Source of the DNA: an uncultured Planctomycetota bacterium
GTDB lineage: Bacteria; Planctomycetota; Phycisphaerae; Tepidisphaerales; Tepidisphaeraceae
Reading direction: 5' to 3'
Assembly: GCA_963740195.1 (NCBI GenBank)
Contig: CAVUDF010000001.1
Span: forward strand, 919,494 to 983,493
DNA: 64,000 nt
The position numbers and the translations under genes were made by a program. The notes under the pieces are model-generated. The model ran no database searches. It was given only the letters and a program-made list of their open reading frames with translations, and was not told where the DNA came from. Below, piece after piece: positions 41,779-51,022 of the stretch; position 1 is the stretch's first letter, and each line of letters begins with the position of its first letter.

Positions 41779-42468
41779 TTGCGTCCGGTCATCGGCATCA
41801 CGTTGGATCATGATCGCGCTCGCGAGCGGTACGAGCTCTCGTACGCCGCCGTCGAAGCCGTGCGTGCGGCAGGCGGGGAGCCGGTGCTGCTCCCGTTCAC
41901 TGACACGGCCACGCTGCCCGACTTCATCGACGGCCTTGTCCTGTCGGGCGGAAACGATCCCGATCCGGGTGCGTGGGGTGAAACATGGCATCCGACGTGC
42001 AACCCCGTCGACCCACGTCGGGAATTACATGAACGGGGGCTGGTCGAGGTGGCCGAACGTCGAAAGGTGCCTGCGCTGGGAATCTGCTTCGGCATGCAGG
42101 TCATGAACCTCGTCCGCGGCGGAAGCCTGATTCAGCATCTTGGCGACCTGGGCCGGCACGAGCTTCACGAGCGTGGCAGCGCGGGCTGGGCCAAGCGGCA
42201 CGACGTTGCCCTGCGGCCCGACAGCTTGTTGGCACGGACGTGCGGCGTCGTCGCGCTCGCCGTGAACACGAGCCACCACCAAGCGGTCGGCCGCGTCGGC
42301 ACGGGGCTGATCGCATCGGCGGTGGCACAAGACGGGACGGTCGAAGCCATCGAGGATCCGAGCCGGCCCTTCTGGCTCGGCCTGCAGTGGCACCCCGAAC
42401 GCCAGGCGGCGGCGGGGGAGTCGCGACAGTTGGCCTTCTTCGAAGCTCTGGTGCGGGCGGCGACATGA
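41779..42468 (+). CDS. class I glutamine amidotransferase-like hydrolase (gamma-glutamyl-GABA hydrolase/PuuD, peptidase C26 family)
   Basis: Catalytic triad context GICFGMQVMNL (Cys), HHQAV and WHPE. Length 229 aa. Confidence 0.7.
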   Translation: MRPVIGITLDHDRARERYELSYAAVEAVRAAGGEPVLLPFTDTATLPDFIDGLVLSGGNDPDPGAWGETWHPTCNPVDPRRELHERGLVEVAERRKVPALGICFGMQVMNLVRGGSLIQHLGDLGRHELHERGSAGWAKRHDVALRPDSLLARTCGVVALAVNTSHHQAVGRVGTGLIASAVAQDGTVEAIEDPSRPFWLGLQWHPERQAAAGESRQLAFFEALVRAAT

Positions 42469-43529
42469 CGCGCGTCTTACTCTTCGTCACCGATCTGAAG
42501 CTCGGCGGCACGCCGACTGTCGTTCGAGAATTGGCCAGGCGTCTGCCGGCCGACGACTGCGTGGTCGACGTCGCCTGCCTCGGCGGATTCGACGAGACGG
42601 CCCGGCAGATCGCTGACGACGGCGCGCGGGTCGATGCATTTGACGTGGGAGCGACCAAGCTCCCGTATGCGGTGCGGCGACTTCGCGACTTGGTTCGGGC
42701 CCGCGGCATCGACGTTGTTTTCAGCTTTCTCGTACACGCCAACGCCGTCGCAGCGTTGGCGTCACGACGCCTGCCGGACGTGCGGTGGTGGCAATCGATC
42801 CAGACGACGCAGCCGCGTCCGCGTTGGCATTGGCCGGTGCAGCGGTGGGCTGCACGGCGTGCCGAAGGCGTCATCGTGCCGAGCGAATCGGTGGCGGACG
42901 TGGCACGCGGTCGTGTCGACGTGCCGGCTGAGAGGGTGCACGTGGTACCGAACGCTTTGGACGTAACGGCATTGGCGGCAACGCCCCGGCCGATGCGGCG
43001 GGAGGGCGATCCGCTCCGCGTCGTCTTTCTCGGGCGACTCGATCCCGTGAAGCGGGTGCCCATGCTCGTGCAAGCGGTCCGTGCCTCAGACCGAACGACC
43101 CTCGCCATCTACGGCGAGGGTCCGGAGCGGCAACGCATCGAACAAGCCGCTGCCGGCGACGGGCGGATCACGCTGCACGGCTGGGCCACCCCTGTGACGG
43201 CACTCGCGGAGGCGGACGTGCTGGTGCTGCCAAGTGAGGCAGAGGGGTTTGGCCTGGTCTTGATCGAAGCGATGGCCGCCGGTGTGCCGGTGGTCGGGGC
43301 AGACGTGCCGGGCATCCGCGACGTCATCCGCCACGGCGAGACCGGCTTGCTCTTCGACACGTCCGGGATCGCGAGGCCCGACCTCGTCGCCACGCTGACG
43401 GCCGTTGCCGAAGATCCATTGGCCGCGCAACAGCGTGCCGCGACCGCGCTCGACTGGGTCCGCCGATGCCGAACGTGGGACGCGGTCATCCCCGACTATC
43501 GCCGGCTGCTCCTGTCGACGCAGCCTTAG
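42465..43529 (+). CDS. glycosyltransferase family 4
   Basis: C-terminal GT4 motif LPSEAEGFGLVLIEAMAAGVPVV, within a GT-B fold. Start at MTRVLLFVTDL (42465), overlapping the upstream stop by 4 nt. Confidence 0.75.
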   Translation: MTRVLLFVTDLKLGGTPTVVRELARRLPADDCVVDVACLGGFDETARQIADDGARVDAFDVGATKLPYAVRRLRDLVRARGIDVVFSFLVHANAVAALASRRLPDVRWWQSIQTTQPRPRWHWPVQRWAARRAEGVIVPSESVADVARGRVDVPAERVHVVPNALDVTALAATPRPMRREGDPLRVVFLGRLDPVKRVPMLVQAVRASDRTTLAIYGEGPERQRIEQAAAGDGRITLHGWATPVTALAEADVLVLPSEAEGFGLVLIEAMAAGVPVVGADVPGIRDVIRHGETGLLFDTSGIARPDLVATLTAVAEDPLAAQQRAATALDWVRRCRTWDAVIPDYRRLLLSTQP

Positions 43530-44576
43530 GTCAGCTGTGCCCGCTGCTGTTTGACCGCGTCCAGCAGTGCGTTCTGCGGCTTGGCGAACTTCGAAATCCC
43601 TTCTTCCATGAGAAAGTCTTCCAGCGCCTGGACGTCGACCTTCTCGTCAAGTTCTTTCAGCACGGCGTCTGACGGGAGCTGGTCGACCGTCTTGGTGTAG
43701 GTGCCGGTGGACGTCGGCAATGGCGTCGTTGGTCTCCGGCGGATTCGTCTGGATGCCGCCGCCTGCGATGTGCTTGGGGTAGAAGTCGTCGTCCTGCCAA
43801 TCAAGCTTCTTGCCGGTGCTGGCGAAGATGATTTCCTGCTCCAGCGGGCAGTTCTTGTCGGCCCAGAACTTCTCGTTGTCGGCCCAGAGTCGCTTCGCAT
43901 TGACGAGGCCCATCATGCCTTGGGCGTCGTCAGAGAGTTCCGGCACCTTCTTGCCGGTGTAGACATCGACGCGGCTGATGAAGATCGAGTAGACGCTCTT
44001 GAAGCGATCGAGCCCGTCCTTCCGCTTCTGCGCCCCTCGCCACACCGCGTCCCGGGCGGCCTCGTACTGCCGCTCGGTGAAGATGAGCGTGACGTTCAGC
44101 GTCAAGCCGTCAGCCGCGAGCGTTTCGAGTGCTTCCAGGCCGGCAGGCGTCGCGGGCACCTTGATCATGCGGTTCGTGTACCCGCTGCCCCAGTACCGGC
44201 CGAGGCTGATGTAGCGCTTGACCCGCTCATCGTGCGGCATGTTCGCCTCCGGGTCTTCGATCAACGGGTCGAGCTCGAAGCTGACCCAGCCGTCGTTGCA
44301 CTTGGTCCGCTCCCAGACAGGCTGGAACTGCTCTTGGGCCTTGGAGACGAGGTAGTCGCACATCATCCACGCGGCCGAGGTGTCGGTGGCGTCTTCGAGC
44401 ATCGACTTCATCGTCTCGTCAAAGCGGCCGCTCTTGATGAGGGCGCTGATGATTGCCGGGTTGCTGGTCGCGCCAGTGATGCCGCGATTGATGTTGGTGG
44501 TGACCTCGTCCGGGTCGACGCTGTCGAGCCAGAGTTTGGTGCCGGTGTCGATGAGGCTGTTGAGTGCGGTGCTCAT
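43526..44576 (-). CDS. tal: transaldolase, one frameshift near 3' end
   Basis: [21 protein letters not shown]...SNPAI... match transaldolase. The C-terminal tail continues in ORF 43526..43900 (other frame), with the break at about 43700. Confidence 0.8.
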
Positions 44577-44696
44577 GCCGGCGAGGGTACCGGCAGTGAC
44601 GGTTGAGCCGAACGGGCGAATGAGCTGACGTCGGCAGTTGTCCGTCGCGTGTCCGGGCCTAGACTGCTGGCCCGCCGGGGAAGTCTCCGGCACGCC

Positions 44697-44778
44697 GGGA
44701 GTGTACCGAAGTGGACAAACGGGTCTGACTGTAAATCAGATGGCTCAGCCTTCGGGGGTTCGAATCCCTCCGCTCCCA
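44697..44778 (+). tRNA. tRNA-Tyr (anticodon GTA)
   Basis: Cloverleaf: acceptor GGGAGTG/CGCTCCC (one G-U pair). Anticodon arm TCTGA-CTGTAAA-TCAGA. Long variable arm. T-arm GGGGG-TTCGAAT-CCCTC, discriminator A. Strong similarity to E. coli tRNA-Tyr. CCA not encoded. Confidence 0.85.
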
Positions 44779-44794
44779 ATTACCGGCCGCTTTT

Positions 44795-46111
44795 TCAGTC
44801 GTCTCGCGACGTCAGATCCTCCGGGATCGGGCGGCCGTGGGGGTCGGTGGAGGCGGTGGTGTCGGGTTTCAGCGGCAGGTGCTCGAGACGCTCGGCGGCG
44901 GCGTGGACGTGGTCGATCGGCATCTCCGCGTCATCAACCAGATAACGCTCCCACTGGCGGTGGGCTCGAAGCAACCGCGACGCCCGGCGTCTGCCGGCGG
45001 GTGTGAGGGAGAGCCCGCCCGTGGCGGATTCGACGAGGCCACGGCGGGACGCAAGAGAGATGGAGTGGGCCGGTGACATCAGACCGGCACGTGCTGTCAG
45101 GTCGTCGACATCCATGGGTGATGAATCGACTTCATCGTGTCGAAGCAGGTTGACCAGCAGGTCGTCGAGGGAGGAGCTTTCCGCAAGCCGACGCCGGCGA
45201 AGCATGCGGGCGACCAGCCCGTGCGTCGGCGAGAAGAAGACGGCGGCGGTGAGAAGAACGCCCGCCGCCACGGTCATGCTGCCGGCGGCGTTGACATTGC
45301 GAAGCCCGACGAGTGCGGGCAAGGCCGTCGAGCCGAAGTACCCGAGCGTGCCCGCGGCGACGGCGGCTACAAGGCTGACGATCAGTTGGGTCGCCAGGCG
45401 ATCCGTCAGCAGCCGTGCGGTGACGGCGGGGCACACGAGCATTGCGATAACCAAAATTGAACCGACGGCCTCAAATGACGCCACCGTCGCCGCGGCGACG
45501 AAGATCATCAGCACGTAGTGCATGACGGTCGCGTTGACTCCCTGGGTGGTCGCCAAACCGGGGTCGAAGGCTGCGATACGAAGCTCCTTGAATGTGGAGA
45601 CGACGAGCACGACCGCCGCCGCGAAGACGACGATCTGGGTGACCACCTGCCGCGGCAACGCCCGAAGCGTGTCCAACGTCAGCAGTCCGGCGACGGAGGT
45701 GGGGGCCTCGAGCCACGCGAGCGTTTCGAGCTGGCCATAAAGGACACAATCCGCGTCAAGATCAACGCTGCGGGCTACCTGTTCGATGAGCAGAACGCCC
45801 AAAGCAAAGAGGACGCTGAAGACAACACCCATGGCTGCGCCGGGCTCCACCCGGCCGAGGGTTTTCACGAGCTCGATCAGGACCACCGTCGCAACGCCGG
45901 CCAAGGCTGCGCCGACGAACATGGCGAACGGGTCGCGGCCGGACGTCACCATGAAGGCGATCACGAGGCCGGGCAGAACCGAGTGGCTCATCGCGTCGCC
46001 CATCAGGCTGAGCCGGCGAAGCACGAGGAAATTGCCTAGCAGCCCACACGTCGCGGCGGCGAGAACGCCGGCGAGCAGGGGGAAGAGATCGAGGCCGATA
46101 TCGAACATCAT
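44795..46111 (-). CDS. metal (Mn/Zn/Fe) ABC transporter permease (ABC-3 family) with fused C-terminal DtxR-like domain
   Basis: About 290 aa of ABC-3 permease TM core, then a C-terminal 130 aa ...LSLTPAGRRRASRLLRAHRQWERYLVDDAEMPIDHVHAAAERLEHLPL...DPHGRPIP. This aligns with the DtxR/IdeR N-domain (MTPTGR...RKHRLAERLL...VHDEACRWEHV...SPFGNPIP). It is a continuous ORF, with no frameshift needed. Confidence 0.75.
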   Translation of the reverse strand: MMFDIGLDLFPLLAGVLAAATCGLLGNFLVLRRLSLMGDAMSHSVLPGLVIAFMVTSGRDPFAMFVGAALAGVATVVLIELVKTLGRVEPGAAMGVVFSVLFALGVLLIEQVARSVDLDADCVLYGQLETLAWLEAPTSVAGLLTLDTLRALPRQVVTQIVVFAAAVVLVVSTFKELRIAAFDPGLATTQGVNATVMHYVLMIFVAAATVASFEAVGSILVIAMLVCPAVTARLLTDRLATQLIVSLVAAVAAGTLGYFGSTALPALVGLRNVNAAGSMTVAAGVLLTAAVFFSPTHGLVARMLRRRRLAESSSLDDLLVNLLRHDEVDSSPMDVDDLTARAGLMSPAHSISLASRRGLVESATGGLSLTPAGRRRASRLLRAHRQWERYLVDDAEMPIDHVHAAAERLEHLPLKPDTTASTDPHGRPIPEDLTSRDD

Positions 46112-47427
46112 GCCGGCACCGCCTCTGGCAGTCGGTGTTCGGCTTCGAGGGCTTCAAGCTCTGCGATCGTCTGCGGGTCGAGGACGTGTTCGACCTGATC
46201 GACCGTCCAATCGATGTGACTCGCAGCGACGTCTGCGTAGGTGACGAGGTAGCGGGACCAGAGTTGATGATTGCGATCGACTCGCTCGCCACGTTCACGA
46301 CCTGCATCCGTCAACATCATCGTTCGGCCGGTGACATAGCCGCGGGTACGGAGGTAGATGGGCAACGTCAGACGCCGGAGCAGGGGCATGCTCGGGTAGA
46401 TGGAGATGGTCTCTTTTCTCTTACGAAACGCCTCTTCCAGCACATGGTCCGCGGCGATGCGGGTGGAGAGTCGCATTCGGCGTGCAAGTGTTGCAAGGAT
46501 GCCACGCCGCGGCGCGACGAGCATGCTGAGAAGGAACAGGACGCCCGCCGTCAAGACGATCACAGCGCCCGCGGGCTTTCGTGGAAGTAGTGCAGAGGCC
46601 GATGATCCGACGTAGCCGGATAGTCCGCCAATGAGGCCGGACAGCAGAATCAACAACCAGAGACGCTCGGTCCAAAATCGTGCCGAGACTGCCGGAATGA
46701 TAAGCATCGCGACGACGAGAATGAGCCCCACCGCCTGAAGCCCGGCAACCGTCACAATGACGACGAGCGACATCATGAGCAGATCGATCAACGCAACCGG
46801 CCAGCCGTCGACACGAGCAAAGTTGGCGTTGAAGCAGACGAGTGCCATCTCCTTGAGAAGCAGTATGGCAGAGACGACGGCAACGACGGCAATGCAGGCC
46901 ATCAGGTACGCGTCGCCAATGCTCATCGCGGCCGTCTGGCCATAGATGAAGTGAGACAAGCCCGCCGACTGGCTGCCGGCGTGATTCTGAATGACACTCA
47001 TCAGAACGGCACCTGCACCGAAGAACACGCTCAACACGATGCCGATGGCCGCGTCTTCGTGCACGCGTGGCACGCGAAGAAGCCACTGCACGCACAGGAC
47101 TCCCAGGACGCCGGTGATCGTCGCACCCAGCAGCAGCACCCACAGGCTCCGGCCCGAGACGCCGAGCATCGTCGCCGCGAGGAACGCCAGGCAGATCCCC
47201 GGCAGCGTCGCGTGACTCAACGCGTCGGCCATGAGCGATCGCTTGCGAAGCAGTGCAAAGACCCCCACAACGCCAGCGGCAACCCCCAGGAGTGTCGTCC
47301 CGGCAACGACCACCGCCGTGTTGTATCCGCCGTCGAACGTGAGGACGTCGACAACCTCCGACCAAGGTGGCAAGGGTTCGGCCAGATCTTCAAGAGAGGC
47401 GGGTCTGCCATCGTGGTCGCGGCTCAT
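46108..47427 (-). CDS. metal ABC transporter permease (ABC-3 family) with fused C-terminal DtxR-like domain
   Basis: Second ABC-3 permease. C-terminus ...[49 protein letters not shown] again matches the DtxR HTH/metal-site region. It overlaps its neighbours by 4 nt at each end (operon). Confidence 0.75.
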   Translation of the reverse strand: MSRDHDGRPASLEDLAEPLPPWSEVVDVLTFDGGYNTAVVVAGTTLLGVAAGVVGVFALLRKRSLMADALSHATLPGICLAFLAATMLGVSGRSLWVLLLGATITGVLGVLCVQWLLRVPRVHEDAAIGIVLSVFFGAGAVLMSVIQNHAGSQSAGLSHFIYGQTAAMSIGDAYLMACIAVVAVVSAILLLKEMALVCFNANFARVDGWPVALIDLLMMSLVVIVTVAGLQAVGLILVVAMLIIPAVSARFWTERLWLLILLSGLIGGLSGYVGSSASALLPRKPAGAVIVLTAGVLFLLSMLVAPRRGILATLARRMRLSTRIAADHVLEEAFRKRKETISIYPSMPLLRRLTLPIYLRTRGYVTGRTMMLTDAGRERGERVDRNHQLWSRYLVTYADVAASHIDWTVDQVEHVLDPQTIAELEALEAEHRLPEAVPA

Positions 47428-48269
47428 GGCGTCCGCTCTCCGGCGGCGGCTCGAGACAGTGCCTCGGCGGCATCGCTCAGCAGGGTCAGCTTGCCGCCAT
47501 AGGTCTTATGTAGATTCTCACGTGTAAACGCCTCGCCCACCGGCCCGGCGGCGACGACACGCATGTTCAAAAGTAAGACTTCATCAAAATACTCTTGAAC
47601 CGTCTGTAGATCATGGTGAACAACGATGACCGTGCGTCCATCTGCACGAAGCTCCCGCAAGACGTTTACGATTGCCTTCTCCGTCGCCGCATCAACGCCG
47701 GCAAAGGGTTCGTCCATGAAGTACAGCTGAGCATCTTGTGCCAATGCTCTCGCTAGAAAGACGCGCTGTTGTTGGCCCCCTGAAAGCTGACTGATCTGCC
47801 GATTGGCGTAATCGACCATGCCTACTCGATCCATACATTCTAACGCCGTCGCTTGATGCTTTCGGCCGACCGGGCGAAACCAGCCAATCTTGCGATACAA
47901 ACCCATGCAAACGACGTCTATAGCACTGACCGGAAAATCCCAATCCACGCTTTCCCGTTGAGGCACATACCCGATGTCTCCACGCTGCTGTCGATAAGGC
48001 TTACCCCAGAACGCAACCTCTCCGCTTGCTCTTGGAACAAGCCCAAGGCAAGCCTTGATGAGCGTGCTCTTGCCCGCGCCGTTGGGCCCAACGATTGCAG
48101 TAAGTTTGCGCGGCGGAGCGTCGTAATCGACGTCGAAAAGGACCGGTTTACGCCCGTAAGCGACCGTCATCGCATGGATTGAGAGCGGACTGGAGGGCGA
48201 ATGTTCCGGGCGCTCGTCGATGGACCAGGACCGCGCCCGCGGATCGTCGTTGGCGACGGAGGGCGGCAT
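47424..48269 (-). CDS. metal ABC transporter ATP-binding protein (ZnuC/MntA-like)
   Basis: Walker [10 protein letters not shown], signature LSGGQQQRV, Walker [14 protein letters not shown]-loop. True start may be the internal Met near 48170. Confidence 0.8.
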   Translation of the reverse strand: MPPSVANDDPRARSWSIDERPEHSPSSPLSIHAMTVAYGRKPVLFDVDYDAPPRKLTAIVGPNGAGKSTLIKACLGLVPRASGEVAFWGKPYRQQRGDIGYVPQRESVDWDFPVSAIDVVCMGLYRKIGWFRPVGRKHQATALECMDRVGMVDYANRQISQLSGGQQQRVFLARALAQDAQLYFMDEPFAGVDAATEKAIVNVLRELRADGRTVIVVHHDLQTVQEYFDEVLLLNMRVVAAGPVGEAFTRENLHKTYGGKLTLLSDAAEALSRAAAGERTP

Positions 48270-49253
48270 TATCTTGCTCCTTGTCCGAGCTTGCCCGCCA
48301 TGCCGTCGACCGGCGCATCACCGCCGAGTGCGCGGGTGATGACCGTCACGTTGTGGTCGATCATGCCGACGTACGTCCCTTCGTAGGTCCCGCCCGGGCC
48401 GGTCGCGTCACTGAAGAGTTCGCCACCCAGCGTCACGTCATGCCCCTGCCGAGCGGCCCCCTCGATGAGGCTCTCGACCCGATCGGGTGGCACCGTCGAC
48501 TCGATGAAGACCGCCGGAATCTTCCGGTCGACAAGCAGCTGCACCATCTGCTCGACGTCGCGCACCCCGGACTCGCTTTCCGTAGAGATGCCCTGAATCC
48601 CGAGCACCTCGAATCCGTATCGCCTGCCGAAGTAGTTGAACGCGTCGTGCGCGGTCACCAAGACCCGGCGATCCTCGGGGACCGTCGATAGAACCCTCCC
48701 GGCGTACGCCTGCAAGGCCCCAATCTCCGCCGACAAGGCCGCGGCATTCGCGGCATACTCGGGCTCGCCCGCAGGGTCTGCCGCTACGAGAGCGTCTCGA
48801 ACGACGGCCACCGTCTGTGCCCAGGCATCAGGGTCCATCCAGACGTGCGGGTCGACCAGCCCCTCCAGCTCAGGCGGCTCGAGGAGATACTGCTCGTCAA
48901 TCTCCGCCGTCACCGCATGCACGGCCCGTCCACCCGTGCCGGCCCGAACAAGGGCATCTGTCATCTTCCCTTCCAGCAGCAACCCGTTGTAGAAGACGAC
49001 GTTGGCACTACGCAGCAACGCCAGGTCGTCCCGTGTCGGCTTGTACAAGTGTGGGTCAATGCCCGCCGAAATCAGTCCCGTCACCACGGCCCGCTCGCCG
49101 GCGACTCGCTGGACGATATCGGTGATCATGCCCGTGGTGGTGACGATCTGAAGCGTCCCGTCCGTCTTCCGGCTCCGTTGAGTCGCCACAGCCGACCAGC
49201 AATACAGGCACCACCGCCAAGAGCAGAGCAAGCAGTAGGAAGCACTTCGTCAC
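48269..49253 (-). CDS. metal ABC transporter substrate-binding lipoprotein (ZnuA/TroA/MntC cluster-9 family), one frameshift
   Basis: GTG-start signal peptide [23 protein letters not shown] (lipobox) in ORF 49056..49283. The mature TroA-like domain ([16 protein letters not shown]...VDPHVWMDP...[13 protein letters not shown]) is in ORF 48269..49231. Frame break at about 49170. Confidence 0.75.
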
Positions 49254-49261
49254 GCGAGAAA

Positions 49262-49277
49262 TGTAGCCCAGGCTACA
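49262..49277. promoter_or_regulatory. 16-bp perfect palindrome TGTAGCCCAGGCTACA between dtxR-like gene and substrate-binding gene (candidate operator or RNA hairpin)
   Basis: It lies in the 30-nt spacer between the dtxR-like stop (49284) and the GTG start (49253) of the substrate-binding gene. Arms TGTAGCC/GGCTACA with a 2-nt centre. Confidence 0.35.
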
Positions 49278-49283
49278 AAACAA

Positions 49284-49844
49284 TCAACGTGTGGGCTCGC
49301 CGGCGACGAATCGCTCGACTTGCTTCAGCGTCGTCGGGCTGAGGTGGTGCTCGATCCCCTCCGCGTCGGTCGCTGCCGTGGTCGCATCGACACCGAGCTT
49401 CTCGAGGAACTTCACCACAAGACGGTGCCGGGCGGCACACCGTTTGGCCAGCCGTCGTCCCGCCGGGGTAAGGCGAACGGGTTTTCGGGTCTCAAGAAGC
49501 ACCAGCCCCTCATCCGCCAGTCGCCGCAGCGTGCGGATGACGGTCACGTGGCTCACGCCGAAACGGTCCGAGAGGTGGGAGACCCGGCAGGTGCCGTTGC
49601 GTGCGACCTCATCCGCGACGGCCTCAACATAGTCCTCAGCCGTCTCGGCCGCATGGTCCGCACGCGTCCGCACGTGCCCGTGCACCGGCACAGCCGCACG
49701 GCTCGACTCAGAAGTTCCGTACGGGGACGCTTGACCCATGCCTTCGCTCACAACGCCCGCCACGTTACTCGCAGGTGAGTCCCAGACAATGGCTACGCGA
49801 CACGCGGGTTCTACAAAGACATTGACCCCGACCAGTCGGTACAA
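49284..49844 (-). CDS. DtxR/MntR-family metal-dependent transcriptional regulator
   Basis: HTH and metal-binding region ...TAEDYVEAVADEVARNGTCRVSHLSDRFGVSHVTVIRTLRRLADEGLVLLETRKPVRLTPAGRRLAKRCAARHRLVVKFL...IEHHLSP. It heads the metal-uptake operon. Start may be internal. Confidence 0.7.
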   Translation of the reverse strand: MYRLVGVNVFVEPACRVAIVWDSPASNVAGVVSEGMGQASPYGTSESSRAAVPVHGHVRTRADHAAETAEDYVEAVADEVARNGTCRVSHLSDRFGVSHVTVIRTLRRLADEGLVLLETRKPVRLTPAGRRLAKRCAARHRLVVKFLEKLGVDATTAATDAEGIEHHLSPTTLKQVERFVAGEPTR

Positions 49845-49877
49845 CAGCGATCAAGCGTGTACATTCCGCAGAGATGA

Positions 49878-49951
49878 AGGCCGGAGTGGGATTCGAACCC
49901 ACGAATCACGGATTTGCAATCCGTTCCCTTAGTCCGCTCGGGCATCCGGCC
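49878..49951 (-). tRNA. tRNA-Cys (anticodon GCA)
   Basis: Minus-strand cloverleaf GGCCGGA-TG-CCCGAGCGGACTAAGGGA-ACGGA-TTGCAAA-TCCGT-G..GTGGGTTCGAATCCCAC-TCCGGCC-T. Perfect 7-bp acceptor stem. 74 nt. Confidence 0.85.
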
Positions 49952-49988
49952 GGCGTGGGGGCAGCGTAGGCCTGCCCGTCCAACAAAG

Positions 49989-50061
49989 TACCCCCAAGGG
50001 GAGTCGAACCCCTGTTTCCGCCGTGAGAGGGCGGCGTCCTGGGCCACTAGACGATGAGGGC
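49989..50061 (-). tRNA. tRNA-Glu (anticodon CTC)
   Basis: Minus-strand sequence GCCCTCATCGTCTAGTGGCCCAGGACGCCGCCCTCTCACGGCGGAAACAGGGGTTCGACTCCCCTTGGGGGTA is near-identical in architecture to E. coli tRNA-Glu. Anticodon arm CCGCC-CTCTCAC-GGCGG. Acceptor stem has two G-U pairs, including 1-72. Confidence 0.8.
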
Positions 50062-50583
50062 GTGGCAAGGGCACGCTAGGCCGATGACCACCCGCGTCAA
50101 CACCCATGCGTCCTCTGCTACTCCGAGACGCTGCCGCCGGACTGACGCAGGGCACGTACAGGATCCGCCGACTCGACGATCACCAGGTTCTCGCCACGGC
50201 CCAGCGGGACGCGGGCAACCCGCGACGTCCGTTGCGGCTCGGCCGCCAAAGCTGCCAGGGACGGCGTGCCGCGGAAGACGCCCACCGTCGGTACCGCGCC
50301 GCCGCCGAAGCGGCCCTTGACGGGGCCGAGCGTGCACGCGTGATCCGGCCGGCAAGCGGACGGCCGGCGGGCCGGCGGGTTGATCGTCCTCGTCCGTCGG
50401 CGGGAGGACCGCGATCATCGTCCCGGGCGTCATCAGGTGCGTTTCGACGTCGCTGCCGGTCTTATAAAGCCACAGCGTGACCGTCTCGTCCGAGCGATTC
50501 TCCACCGTGGCCGAGACGCTGGAGCGGCCCGAGCAGCCGGCGGCGAGAAGGCAGACGATCAGCGTCGCGAGGTAGGACTTCAC
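50047..50583 (-). CDS. hypothetical lipoprotein (3' boundary uncertain)
   Basis: GTG start gives lipoprotein signal VKSYLATLIVCLLAAGCSG, then ATVENRSDETVTLWLYKTGSDVETHLMTPG. The downstream Arg-rich tail running into the tRNA-Glu gene looks non-coding, so a frameshift or earlier stop is likely. Confidence 0.3.
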   Translation of the reverse strand: MKSYLATLIVCLLAAGCSGRSSVSATVENRSDETVTLWLYKTGSDVETHLMTPGTMIAVLPPTDEDDQPAGPPAVRLPAGSRVHARPRQGPLRRRRGTDGGRLPRHAVPGSFGGRAATDVAGCPRPAGPWREPGDRRVGGSCTCPASVRRQRLGVAEDAWVLTRVVIGLACPCHALIV

Positions 50584-50667
50584 CCACGACTCTTGGCTGG
50601 TCGCGGGCCGGGGGCGATAAGTCGGGCTCGAGTTGCCAGCCGCGTCGTCAAATGTGATTGCATCAAC

Positions 50668-51001
50668 ATGACCACGCCACCCAACGACACGGAGCGTCGC
50701 CGCCTCTCGCGAGACGCTGATACGAAGGAAGCCGAACTCTTCTGCCCGACCGCCAGGCCCAGGCCGCGGGATCTGCCGGAAGACGCGGCCGTTCTGCCCA
50801 CACGATTGTCGCAAGGGAATGGTCGTCGACCGGTCGCGTGACGGCGTGGGCTTCGTGACGGACAGGCCTTTGCCGGTCGGGGCGTATCAAAAGCTTCGTG
50901 TCGATGGCCCTGTCATCGAGGGCGAGGTACCCGAGGTTCAGATCGTCCGCTGTGAGCCGCTGGACGACGGCCGCTACTCGGTCGGCGCCCGGCGTTCCTG
51001 A
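50668..51001 (+). CDS. PilZ-domain-like small protein, one frameshift
   Basis: MTTPPNDTERRRLSRDADTKEAELFCP... (frame of ORF 50380..50841) joins ...VVDRSRDGVGFVTDRPLPVGAYQKLRVDGPVIEGEVPEVQIVRCEPLDDGRYSVGARRS (ORF 50819..51001). The pattern resembles PilZ (RRxxxR ... DxSxxG). Weak call. Confidence 0.35.
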
Positions 51002-51022
51002 GCCCGCGCCTAGACCCTCGAC

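Noticed and set aside
42101-43108. 335-aa minus-strand ORF antisense to the GT4 glycosyltransferase
   Set aside because: Arg/Ser/Thr-rich antisense ORF without motifs.
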